Position numbers and translations under genes: made by a program. The notes beneath the pieces were generated by a model, which ran no database searches, was not told the DNA's origin, and worked only from the letters and a program-made list of their open reading frames with translations. Below are positions 37,310 through 49,400 of a DNA stretch of 64,000 nucleotides, piece by piece (positions within the stretch are counted from its first letter, which is position 1; each line of letters begins with the position of its first letter). The DNA lies in assembly GCF_032444005.1 (NCBI RefSeq), contig NC_091289.1, positions 161,200,001-161,264,000 of the forward strand. The letters are read 5' to 3'. The stretch comes from Ranitomeya imitator (taxonomy: Eukaryota).

Positions 37310-37412
37310 ATGTCATTGTCTGAGAGACCCCCACTATCTGTGGGGCCGGGGCCCGCAGGACACAGAGAGGTTGGAGGTGACAATCTGGAGGCAGCCATGG
37401 GCCGCCGTGCAG
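37310..37412 (+). CDS. AXDND1: AXDND1 exon 1
   Basis: ccacc[11 protein letters not shown]...GRRA+G|gtaccg; phase 1 matches the next exon. Confidence 0.7.
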
Positions 37413-40400
37413 GTACCGTAACGGCGCCATTCACACCACTGCGTAACGTAGCAGGGTTTAACCTGATAAATATAATAAATATATTACCTTTTTGTGTTTT
37501 TTTACATCATTATTCACCAGTTATATCAGTCAATATAAAATGCAGGTTGTTACAATCGCTACTTTGTAGCCATTATTTAATTAAATGTATGAGTTTTTTT
37601 TTTTCCTTTTTTACTATTTTTCTTTTTCTTTTTTTTTTACTTTTTTCTCAGTGTTTGTCATATGTAAAGTCCATATAAATACACAGATATAATTCTTGCT
37701 CAGGTGCAACATGCCCTAGGAATCCTGAACTGCCGGCGCTGCTGACAGAGGACGCCCCTGTGATGTAGTCCTGTCCCGGATCCCTCCTTTGCTTCCATCT
37801 TGTACAATGTGATTTGCTTTTATTGTCGCATACAAGGGGTTAAATGCTGGAGATCACGGGGATCTCTAGTTTTATTACAGCAGCGCCGTGACTTTGTATT
37901 ACAGCAGGACCGTGACTTTGTGTTACAGCAGCGCCGTGACTTTGTGTTACAGCAGGGCCGTGACTTTGTATTACAGCAGAGCCGTGACTTTGTATTACAG
38001 CAGCGCCGTGACTTTGTGTTACAGCAGAGCCGCGACTTTGTATTACAGCAGCGCCGTGACTTTGTATTACAGCAGCGCCGTGACTTTGTGTTACAGCAGA
38101 GCCGTGACTTTGTATTACAGCAGGGCCGTGACTTTGTATTACAGCAGCGCCGTGACTTTGTATTACAGCAGCGCCGTGACTTTGTGTTACAGCAGCGCCG
38201 TGACTTTGTGTTACAGCAGGACCGTGACTTTGTGTTACAGCAGCGCCGTGACTTTGTGTTACAGCAGGGCCGTGACTTTGTGTTATAGCAGCGCCGTGAC
38301 TTTGTGTTACAGCAGCTCCGTGACTTTGTATTACAGCAGCGCCGTGACTTTGTATTACAGCAGCGCCGTGACTTTGTATTACAGCAGCGCCGTGACTTTG
38401 TATTACAGCAGCGCCGTGACTTTGTATTACAGCAGCGCCGTGACTTTGTATTACAGCAGCGCCGTGACTTTGTGTTACAGCAGCGCCGTGACTTTGTGTT
38501 ACAGCAGAGCCGTGACTTTGTGTTACAGCAGAGCCGTGACTTCGTGTTACAGCAGCGCCGTAACTTCGTGTTACAGCAGCGCCGTGACTTTGTGTTACAG
38601 CAGCGCAGTGACTTTGTATTACAGCAGCGCCGTGACTTTGTATTACAGCAGCGCCGTGACTTTGTATTACAGCAGCGCTGTGACTTTGTATTACAGCAGC
38701 GCCGTGACTTTGTATTACAGCAGCGTCGTGACTTTGTATTACAGCAGCGCCGTGATTTTGTATTACAGCAGAGCCGTGACTGTGTTACAGCAGCGCCGTG
38801 ACTTTGTGTTACAGCAACGCCGTGACTTTGTATTACAGCAGAGCCGTGACTGTGTTACAGCAGCGCCGTGACTTTGTGTTACAGCAGCGCCGTGACTTTG
38901 TGTTACAGCAGCGCCGTGACTTTGTATTACAGCAGAGCCGTGACTTTGTGTTACAGCAGCGCCGTGACTTTGTGTTACAGCAGAGCCGTGACTTTGTATT
39001 ACAGCAGCGCTGTGACTTCGTATTATAGCAGGGCCGTGACTTTGTGTTACAGCAGAGCTGTGACTTTGTGCTACAGCAGAGCCGTGACTTTTCGTTACAG
39101 CAGCGCCGTGACTTTGTATTACAGCCGGGCCGTGACTTTGTGTTATAGCCGGGCTGTGACTTCGTGTTACAGCAGGGCCGTGACTTTGTATTACAGCCGG
39201 GCCGTGATTTTGTGTTATAGCCGGGCTGTGACTTCGTGTTACAGCAGGGCCGTGACTTTGTATTACAGCAGAGCTGTGATTTCGTGTTACAGCAGCGCCG
39301 TGACTCTTTTCCATAAGGCTAAATTGGTGTGCCCACAGCCCACGCAATTAAAACACCATAATTGTGTGGCACAGGCTCTCTGTAGACCCAGACGCTGTCA
39401 TACTATTACGTCGTGGCCTGTCAGGGTCAGGGAGGCTACAATCAGCTACATCACTTAGCTCCCTGACACTGTATAGGTGCCATGACTAGAGATGAGTAGA
39501 GATGAGTGAACATTGTCGGCTCCTTCCTTACCCGAACAGCTATAGCGTTTACCGAAGAAGCTTCACGGGGAACCTGGATACCTGTAACGATCCCAATAAT
39601 CATCTGTTCAGCGCGGTTGTGTCACAGTCACCGCACATGCACAGAGAGCCTGTGTGTTTGGCTTTCCATGCATGTGACTGTCACACAACCGCGACGCGAA
39701 CAGCTGATTATCAGGAGCGCTCCAGGTATCCGGGTTCCCCATGCAGCTTCTTCGGTAAGTGCTATAGCTGTTCGGATATGGAGGGAGCCGACGGTGTTCG
39801 CTCATCTCTAGCCATGACGGGTCCCATTGTGCACCTGTGTCTTGTAATTAATTTGTGCATCTCTTTGATAAACTGTTGCAATATGTCCGGGTATTAAAAC
39901 AAGACTCTTCCCAAAGAAATGCCAGAGTTGTCAGCCATTGTAGAGTTTTATAGGAAAACTTATTTTTCCAACGTTATCTAAACCTTCTATGTAATGCATC
40001 GCGGACCTCATGCACACGACGGTCAGAACTGTGGTTCCCGTGGGTAGAACATGTAGCCATTTTAGACAATTTATGGGTCTGTGAAAATCACAAACAGCAC
40101 TGATGGCAGCAGTTTGCAATCCCTCATTAACTTTGCAATGAATAGAAGTTTTCGAATTTGTTTTTTCATACGTGAAAATCACTGATAAAAACTGACCAAA
40201 CACTATTGGTAAAAATGGACGCACCGACCAGACACTGATAAACCTTGAGCCATTTTTCGCATATGTAAAGAATCACTGACTTCTGAATAAGCCATTACTA
40301 GTGGCCCTGATCCTTCGTATCACGATGAGATGTCACTTTATAAGTCTTATAGCATAGCATTTACAGCACCACCAGTAATATAGCTGGATAGCAACTGAGA

Positions 40401-43400
40401 ACAGGGACAGATAAATATGAATGGGGGTCCTAGTGGCCGAACTGTCAGTGTCTTTGTCCCGCTGCTGCTGCATGGTTGCGGTAGGAGGTTGGAAGGGGGA
40501 AGGGAATGTCAGGGTTCTGCTGCATCGTGGTGGCGGAGCGAAAGGCCATGACAGGGTCCTGCTGCTGCATGGTGGTGTCAGTGGATCCGGTCCAAGCAGG
40601 AGCAGCAGTTGTCATGGTGGTGGTGGTGGGCTGTCCTACAGCACTCGGCTTGGTGGTGGTTCTGTAGTGGTGTCCGGCAGTGCTTGGGATGGAAGTGGCT
40701 GTGCAGTGGTATGCAGCAGAGCTCAGCATTGAGGTCAAGCTTGACAGTGTAGGCACAGGCGGATACGCCGCCACTCTCTGCTGAAAATACCGACTCTGCT
40801 GCATAGCCTGCAAGTAAGCAGCATTGCAGGCCTGCATGACACTCAGCTGGAGATCAGGAGTAAGGTGTTCCGACATGCCCTCTTCAATTTGATTAAAAAA
40901 ATGATGTGCTGGCCTCTGGAGGTCGGCTTTTACTTGGTCAAGGCTTTTGGTGACCTCCTGGATACGTGTATTCATATGGCTAAGGGCAGTATCCAGTTGG
41001 TCACCCAAAGCCTTGAGTCCATCGTGAAAAACCGATCTCAAGTGCAAAAACTCGGGCATGAGTGACCTGTCCGATGCCCTCTGCCGCTGCCGGGAGGAGC
41101 CCCCAAAAAAGGGGCAGAGGACTGGGAAAGAGGAACACCTGATGGACCAGCTTCCTGGTCTCCAGTTTGTGTGGCAGGCCCACTTGCTGCAGCGCTGCTG
41201 GATGGCTGGGATGGGTCCGTGGCTGTCTGATAAAGGACCGCTCCAGAACCTGGGTCAACAGTGCTGCTCCATGTGCTGTGAAAAAAGGAAAAAAAAATAA
41301 CACCAAAAACTTAAAAAACGCCAACTCCTGTTGAATAGAAACATACAAATTATGGCAATACAACACAACCTAATACACCGGAAAAATACTTATGTTCTCT
41401 GGGCAAGGACCGGTCTTAAAAATGCCAGAATGCGGTGGTATTTATACTTTCAGATCCTTGCTCCAGAACCACTGGGAACACGGCTCTCTTGAAGCAGGTC
41501 CTTGTTGAAGCGATCCTTCATCAAACGCCATCGTGTTTTGACTTTGAGCACTGTTGAAAAAACAAAAAATAATGGTTAGACAATGGACTTTTGGCCGTGC
41601 TCACACAACTGTGTGTGATGAGAGAAACTCTCTCATCACACACAGTTGAGTGAGCACGGCCAAGGTCTCTGCTGCATCACACGGCATTGCAATACTTACA
41701 AAATGCATTTCGGACCCGAGTCGGGGCGTTGTCCCAGCCATCCCACATCGCATTGGCCACCTCATTCCATAGCCGCCAGATCGTCACGTTGTCCGAGTGC
41801 TGTGGAACCCGGGTGTCCCACAACGGGACTCGCTCATGGACCAGGGAGATGAGGATATCGTTGTCAATGAGGTCCTCTTCCTGTTCTGGAACCTAAAAAA
41901 TAAATGAAGACATTAATGTTGGATACATTAACATAAGGAAAAGAAAGAAAATAGAGGCTGAGAAATGGCATGAATAATGAAAGTCAAGATAAAAAAGTAG
42001 TCCAGAAGAAAAATGTAAAGAAAGAGGAAAGTAAAGAAAGGAAGATTCAAGAATACTAAAGTGAGGATACAGTAAACAGTCAGCCAGGTATACTTACATG
42101 CTGCCGCCTTGCCACCTGACCGTGACCCCGCTGCTCCTGCTCAGCCTCTGCCGCAGTGGAAGAAGTGCTCTAAAAAAAGGGAAAAAAAATTGTCACATGT
42201 GTAGATGTGACAGTGAATACTTACCAATCTGAGGAGGTGAGTACTCACTTCACTGACATGTTTGGCTTGAGAAGGCCCATGACGTTGCTCCTCATCAGAA
42301 GAAGATGACATTCTGATGCATGCAGAAAGAAAGAAAGAAATGGCAGAAATTAGGACATGTGGAGACAGAAAATAGAAAATAAAGGCATTGGCTAGGATAT
42401 ACTCACATTGTTCTGAGTGTAGACTCCTTCCTGTGTCTGCTCTGCTGTGTCTGGAAAGCTTCTCTGTCTGCTGAGTAGTGGCCTGCAAATGTCCACTCCC
42501 TCCCTTTATCACCTTGTATGAGGGGGTGGCTAATCAGTGTCTAGACATGTTTTTCTGTGGTGTAACGCATGCGTTCATAAACGCAAGCAAATGCATGTGC
42601 TTGCGCCCGCATGCGTTCACATAGACAGCAATGCCTTTTTTGCCACATTCCATCCGCTAACAACCGCATACATTTCTAGGAGGCAAATTGACGCCTCTAA
42701 AATTACTACATGTAAACTGCAGACGACGAAGCAACGCATGCGTTGTGAAACGCAGCAAAACGCAACCGATCGCAGACACATGCGTCTCTAATGTTAAATA
42801 TAGGAATACACAACGCATGCGGATAATTGAGGAAGAAACGCTGTGGACACAACCGCAAATGTGAAACCGGCCTTAGAGATGTGTTTTCTGTAAGTAAAGC
42901 AGTCAAGTTGCAGAGAATTTAAAAAAAAAACAAGAAAAAAAAGCATTTACCCTGTAGTAAGCAAAAAGGTAAATAGTAAAAGTAGAAGTAAATATCATAG
43001 GCTAAATAATTGTCGCTATTTTGATTTAAAAAAAGCATAAAAGCCATCCCACCGCAACAAGGTGAACCCATCGGGACGTCCTATCCTGTCTCTAATATTA
43101 AAATCTCACCTTGTGTTAACCGACCTCAATATAGAAAAGAAAAGAAAAAATAAAATGAGCATATATCCTATAGTAAGTAAAAGGTAAATAGTAATAGGAC
43201 ATGTAAATAACATACAGTGCTTAATACTATTTTGATCAAAAAAGTATAAAAGCCATCCCACCACGACAAGGTGAACCCATCGGGACGTCTTATTCTGTCT
43301 CTAGGATTAAAACAAACATTGTGTCAGCTGACCTCAATGTGAATAAGGGCAGAGCAGGATCGGGCCCGTCTGGTCAGACACCGGTCCAGGTGAAGCTATG

Positions 43401-46400
43401 TAGATGAATTGCCAGCTCAAAAAGGGGGTCCACGCCCCTGTATGTACAAAGTACAAGGAACCCAGTGGTAAAGCATTGAGTAGATATAGAGGTCACACCA
43501 CATTCTTCTATGTCCACTGCTTGTTGTGCAGCTGGGTTCCTTCTTCTTTGGGTAATAGTCATTTTCACGTTCTCTGAATTCCTAGACAGCCCAGTGATTC
43601 CATCCCTTCATATTCTGGTACAAGTAGATTTTTTTTCTTTTGCCCAAGAAAGAGATTCCACACATGCCCTATTCACAACTGATGAAGGGTGCATTACCCG
43701 GAACGTTGCTGTACGTCACCCTGAGGAGTAATAACGTTATGTGGGAATAAGGGAAGAAAATTAAAATCATCCAAAAACCATTCCATGTTGTGCCTAGTCT
43801 CGGAGTCTTATTCCTTTATAGAATATTATTTTCTGATGAAGCAGTGAGTAATGCGGTCTGCTCCATTGGAATAAGCACCTAATTGCTTCTTTGCAGCAGT
43901 AATTGGAGCTTTTGTCTGTTGTGAACCTATTTCAAAAGTCTTGTTAAGTTGAATTTTCCCCCGGATCTCACTAAAATACAAAATCTGCAGATTCACCAAG
44001 AATTCCACTGGGCTACACTGAAAGAGGAGAAATCTGCTTTGAAAATCTGTCACATAAGCCGCATGGTGCTGATTGTTAAATCTTCATTTTGCATATATAT
44101 TTCTTTCCTTCCTGACGTCCTCAGCTCGCAGGTGAGATTATGTAATATCACATTCTCTGCTCCAGGAACCTGATGCGGATTTTGCAGGTAAAATCTGATG
44201 AACTTTTTATGATAAATAATATTTTCTAACCTGTTTGTGTTTTTCTGTAGATTTAGTCCATGTCCAGAACAAATGTGACACCCTGGAACTATATGAACAG
44301 AGTGACTTTGTCCCTGAAGAAATTATTCAAGCTCTTACTTCAGCGGCACGAGGAATAGAGAAGCCTGAAATGGTTCAAGTAAAGAAAACCCGACATCTTA
44401 AAGAGGCCAAGGTGCATATTCCCCCAATATATTGCATTGCTGGGCAAAAATACGTTGTTTTTTTACATAATAAAAGCTGCATCTTGAGGGTCAGTCTTCA
44501 AAATTGATCAGACATAGAGATGAGTGGATTGAGTTGCAGGACCCTCAGTGTTCCATGTCCGCCGGACGTGGCAGCTCTGCAAATTACCTTCTACCTGCCG
44601 GCATCCATGGCTCCTCTGTTGATTAGCCGGCCAGGCTTGATGTCATCATTGTGGTGTGTAACACATGGCAACTAACCCAGAGTTGAGCTGAGGATCACAG
44701 CAAGTAAGAGGTGTTTTGTAAGGGTCTCGTCTGGTGGCCACAAAACACGGATGTGACCTCTGGACCAGGGTCCTGCGAATCGACTTGCTCATCTCTAGAA
44801 GACTTGCGTTTTGTCCGTTTCATCATTTTATCTGCAGCACTTAAAGCGACTCTTGTCCGCACAGAATGACTGTTCACACCAATTACAGGCGCTCGGTGCA
44901 CCACGGCGCAGCACCTTTCTACCTGCTTGTTTTCCCTCTATCTCCACCCTCCTCTTTGATTGACAGCTCTAGCTTTATAGGTCCATCGAAGGGTGTAGAT
45001 AGAGGGAAAACAAGTAGGTGTGAAGTTGTATTTGAAAGGTTGGCCTGATGGTACACCGAGCGCCTGTGCTTGGTTTGAACAGTCGTTCTGTGCTGACAGT
45101 CCCTTTAATGAGCTCTGCTTGTACAACGTAGTAAAGATAGTAAGAGCTTGCAGATCTTCCTAGAGATAGAACGTTTTTGTTTTTTTTTGCTAAAAGCATC
45201 TTCAAACTCATTGTATAGCATGGGCAACCAGTAGTTGTCACCCCACCTCTATTGGTGCGGGTACGGTATGGGCCTGGGAGCTGTGCCCAAACCATCTGTA
45301 ACAGATACTTATAGATTATAACTTACAGCTGTCAATTTGCTCCAACAGCCAGGATCGAGGATCACGCTGCTGTACTAAAGCTCCTATAGATTTGTTTTTA
45401 TGGTTTCCATAGGTGGAGAGAGGGAGAGTTCACATCTCCAGTACCTCTGATGCAGACGACGCACTGTATTCTGTATATGGAAGTTTATAACTTCATTGTC
45501 GGCTGCTAAAATCGATGCTGATTTGTGTTTGCTTTAGGTTTGTGTCCGCGGCATAGATCATGTCTGGCATCATCCTCTACGTAGGAACAGGTTCAAGCAT
45601 CTGACTGACCAACCAGTCTGTCTGACAGGTGCTGGGAGGTAAGAGAGCCGGAAAATGATTGTTTTATCTGCAACGATTATTCACATTTAAAAGGAACATT
45701 GTCTATGAACACAACAGTCATGTAAAAATCTGCATCTCATGAATGTACCAAGAAACATGGAAGGAAGAACATACAAGAGATGGGGCTCTGGAAAATAGAC
45801 CTCGAAAATAAAATAGTGCCCCCTATCTGTCTTCCATGAACACGGTGCATGTTTTGTTCCGCAGTCCATAGTAAGTGGCCAAATAATAGTTTCAGCTGAT
45901 GGTTTGGCTGGCAGCTATCTCTCCCGATTCCTCTATTCACAGGGCGTTATGAAGTCTTAACGAAGCGCTCACTGGGTACAGTCACCTGATGAATTAAGTG
46001 GCACGTGCCATCTAATGAATCAGACACATTCATTACACAGCCTGTGCCCCCAAGCGGGGGCTGATGTACATTTCTTGAGTAAGTTACTCCATTTTAGTGA
46101 TGTATGGTCTGATGATTTTCATGTGCAGGTGTTTCCACGCCCCGTAGTATAGAAGAGGGTTGGTATCTGCCAATACTAACCTTTATCATGTAGTCATTGG
46201 CTGTGGTTTCCAAAACATGGTACATTACCGCATGAAAATAGTGGACTGAGATAGAATTTGTTACTAATCTTTGTGGTGAAATGAGATTTTGGCACAATAA
46301 AGCCTTCTGTGTTGACATTTCAGGGATATTTCATTCCTCTGTGATGCTTTAGTTACGGAGAAAAAGAACACAGCAGTTATACCATCGACAAGTCGAAGTG

Positions 46401-49400
46401 ATAAGACACCAAGAACAATGGTATGTCTGTGCCCACACGCCCCATGCAAAAGCATTTGTTTCCCTTGTCAGCAGTGATCGATCTCACAAGTCCAGTGATC
46501 ATCTCTTTGAAACGGATCCAGTGAATGAAAATCCTAACTCTGTTTAAAACTTGATGAAAAACTGATCCTTTCATAAGGATCCAGCAGCGATCAGTTTAGT
46601 TTTATTTTTTTTAGCCAGACACAGAAGTGCAACCTTTTCTGTCCGGCTAAAATAATTGACAAAAAATAACATGACACTTTGTCATATATGTATTTCCAGC
46701 GGCAAATATGTGAAATATATAAAATATATGAAGCTCATAGGCTTAAGTGCAAAATTTCCTACAGGGCCCCAACTATCGCTTGTCTTCTCATATGGATCAA
46801 AGAGACTTTTGGGACCTACCAAAGCTTTAGGACCCTGGTGTGACTGCAGCCCCAGTACACTCTACAGTTACACCCCTGTGTATTTGGGGATCAGGTTCTG
46901 TTTTGCCTACATAAAGCTGTAGTGACTTATTGCCCTTCACACATAGTAAAATGTCAGGAGCTTGTATAATATAAGCTTTTCAGGAGAAACCATCTCACCA
47001 GTCACCGACTTCCAGGTAAGATGGTTGATATGTGAAGAATTTAAGCTCCCACAGCTGACGTTGTTCTCTTCCATCTCATGTGTTTAAAGGCTTTTCCACA
47101 TTTTAAAAAATGTCTGTCCCCAGCCATTAACACACATACAGTAAAAATAAAAAAAACTTAATCATCCATATAACCCTTGCTGTTCCAGCTCCACATTCCC
47201 TTTCCACCCTGATGGTCTTTTGTTAATCTGGCTGCAGGGGTCATTCCATGTACCCCATATGACCGCTGCAGGCAATCACTGGCCTTAGCAGTATATGGCA
47301 GAAATCCACTAGAACTGGTGATTGGGTCAGTAAATGAGTGAGCATTCTTTTTATTTTTTACTTATTTTATGTGTATTGGCAGCTGAGGGCAGATTTGTTA
47401 ATAAATGGGCAAAATGCCTCTAAAGCAATTTTCGCATGATCATGGTAGAAAATAAATCCTAGAGCAGCTGGTCACTACCTAAAAATAATAACACCTTTTG
47501 TTATCAGGCTCTAGACCTACTGCCCAGCACCTCTACACAATTATGGCCTGAATCATCAAGACCGGCGTTGCTCATGCCAGTCTAGATGAGGGGTCAGATG
47601 CTCCCAATTCATGAAGAGGTGCACGCTACATGAATCTGGAATCACATCAAACAAAGCGGCTGGCAGCATTCACTGTGTAGGGAGCACGTCCATCTTGACC
47701 AACGAACCCATTTGGAAATATTGCAGCAAACACAAAAGTGTAGTCAACGTCCAATCCAGGGTGTTGAATTTAAAAAGATGAAGTTTATTCCACCATAAAA
47801 AAAAACAATGTTTTGACCCAGAATGTACTTGAAAAAGACCCATTTTAGCTCGAAATGTTATTTTTATGGCAGAATAAACTCAACATCCTACCTCTGATGC
47901 TGTCTACACTTTGTGTTTCATGAATCTGGTGTGTCTGAGAAGTAGTGTGCGCCTCCATGCGCTACGCCAGAAATCTCACTCCAGGACGTGGCGTAGAGAA
48001 CACCACAGCTCATCATGAATACTTTTATGGCAGAATTCTGGCGTGAAAGCTGTGATGAATGAGGCCCAGTGTCTATTCTACACATAACATTGGAACATGC
48101 ATGCTGGCAAATCGTGTCTTTCCGATACTTACAGCACTGAGCTGCTAACATCTTATTTAGGGTAAGGCCCTTCAGAGCGGCTGCATCATGTCTGCATGTA
48201 GTATGTAGCATATTTTAAGTTGGTGTGCAGTTTACAAAAGAATGCACAATCATTAACCATGAAAATGCGGCCTACAACCCAACCTTTTATTCACACAGTG
48301 GTACTTACCTGTTTACTGGTTTCTGCTTTCCTTTTTTCAGATTCTCTTATTATTTTCTTACTAATTTTTTCTCCTTTGTTAGGTCATCTGTTCAGCCACA
48401 TTTCTTTTTTTTTTTTTTAAATTTTTTTCCATGATGATGATATGGATTGCTTATTGTTGTTTTTTTCTTTGCATAGACTTCCTTGAGAAAGGCAGATTCT
48501 GCCGAAACGTTGGAATTTATGATATCTGTTGTTCTGTAGTCAGCTGTTCATTAATAAACCTACCTTTTCTAAGCATAAGACATTGTGGACTTACTGAGTG
48601 CCAAAGGTTATCCTTTTCTAGTGTTTGCTCATTCCTTTGGGCACCTCCTTACGTTACTGAGTGCGCCATTTCTGACCCTATTATTATTGCATTTAGTATG
48701 TAGCATATTTTAAGTTGGTGTGCAGTTTACAAAAGAATGCACAATCATTAACCATGAACATGCGGCCTACAATCCAACCTTTAAAGAGCTTTCCAATCTG
48801 GCTCTTAGACAGCTCAAGCCAGAAATATTTGGAAAAAGTGAGCGCCGACTGTTCTTTCCCCCCTCCAGCAGCCGGGCCTTATTGCAAACTATCTTTTATC
48901 TACTACACACTTCCTAATTTTCTGAAAAATCACTTACAGGGATTGTCCATGCATATGATACTAATGTCTTATCCTTAGCTCTTGGCTATCCTTAAGAAAA
49001 TATGAGATGATCTGCAGTGCCCAACAGCTGTTCAGCTCCGTTCAGTGTTAAATTTTGGCCGCCACAAAAGCTAATAGCAACAGATTGGTGGGCCTACCAG
49101 ATATCAAACCCCTCACTAATCTGTTATGAATGAAAAATCTCTAGAATAGTCACCTTATAGCTCTAAAATAGCTAACATGGACAGGCTTAGCACATGCCAC
49201 TCCGCCTACCAGATCCCAAGGGTTGCCTTGGCCTTCACCCTTTAACCCCCTGTACAGGGATCTGGGCTTCAACATGGGTCCATTGGGTGGGAGACACAGA
49301 AAACCCTGCTCTATGGTGGTACTGGCTGGCAAAAGTGGTCAGGTAGCTGGGTCAGAATCAAGAGGGCAGGAAAAGTACAAAATCAGAAGATGCAAGAATA

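Noticed and set aside
37800-39458. Several 160-330 aa repetitive ORFs
   Set aside because: Artefacts of the 24-bp minisatellite in AXDND1 intron 1
43949-44131. Alternative AXDND1 first coding exon ending at cag|gtgaga
   Set aside because: Its ORF ends in phase 0, incompatible with the phase-1 start of exon 2, and has no AXDND1 similarity; the 37310 exon fits better
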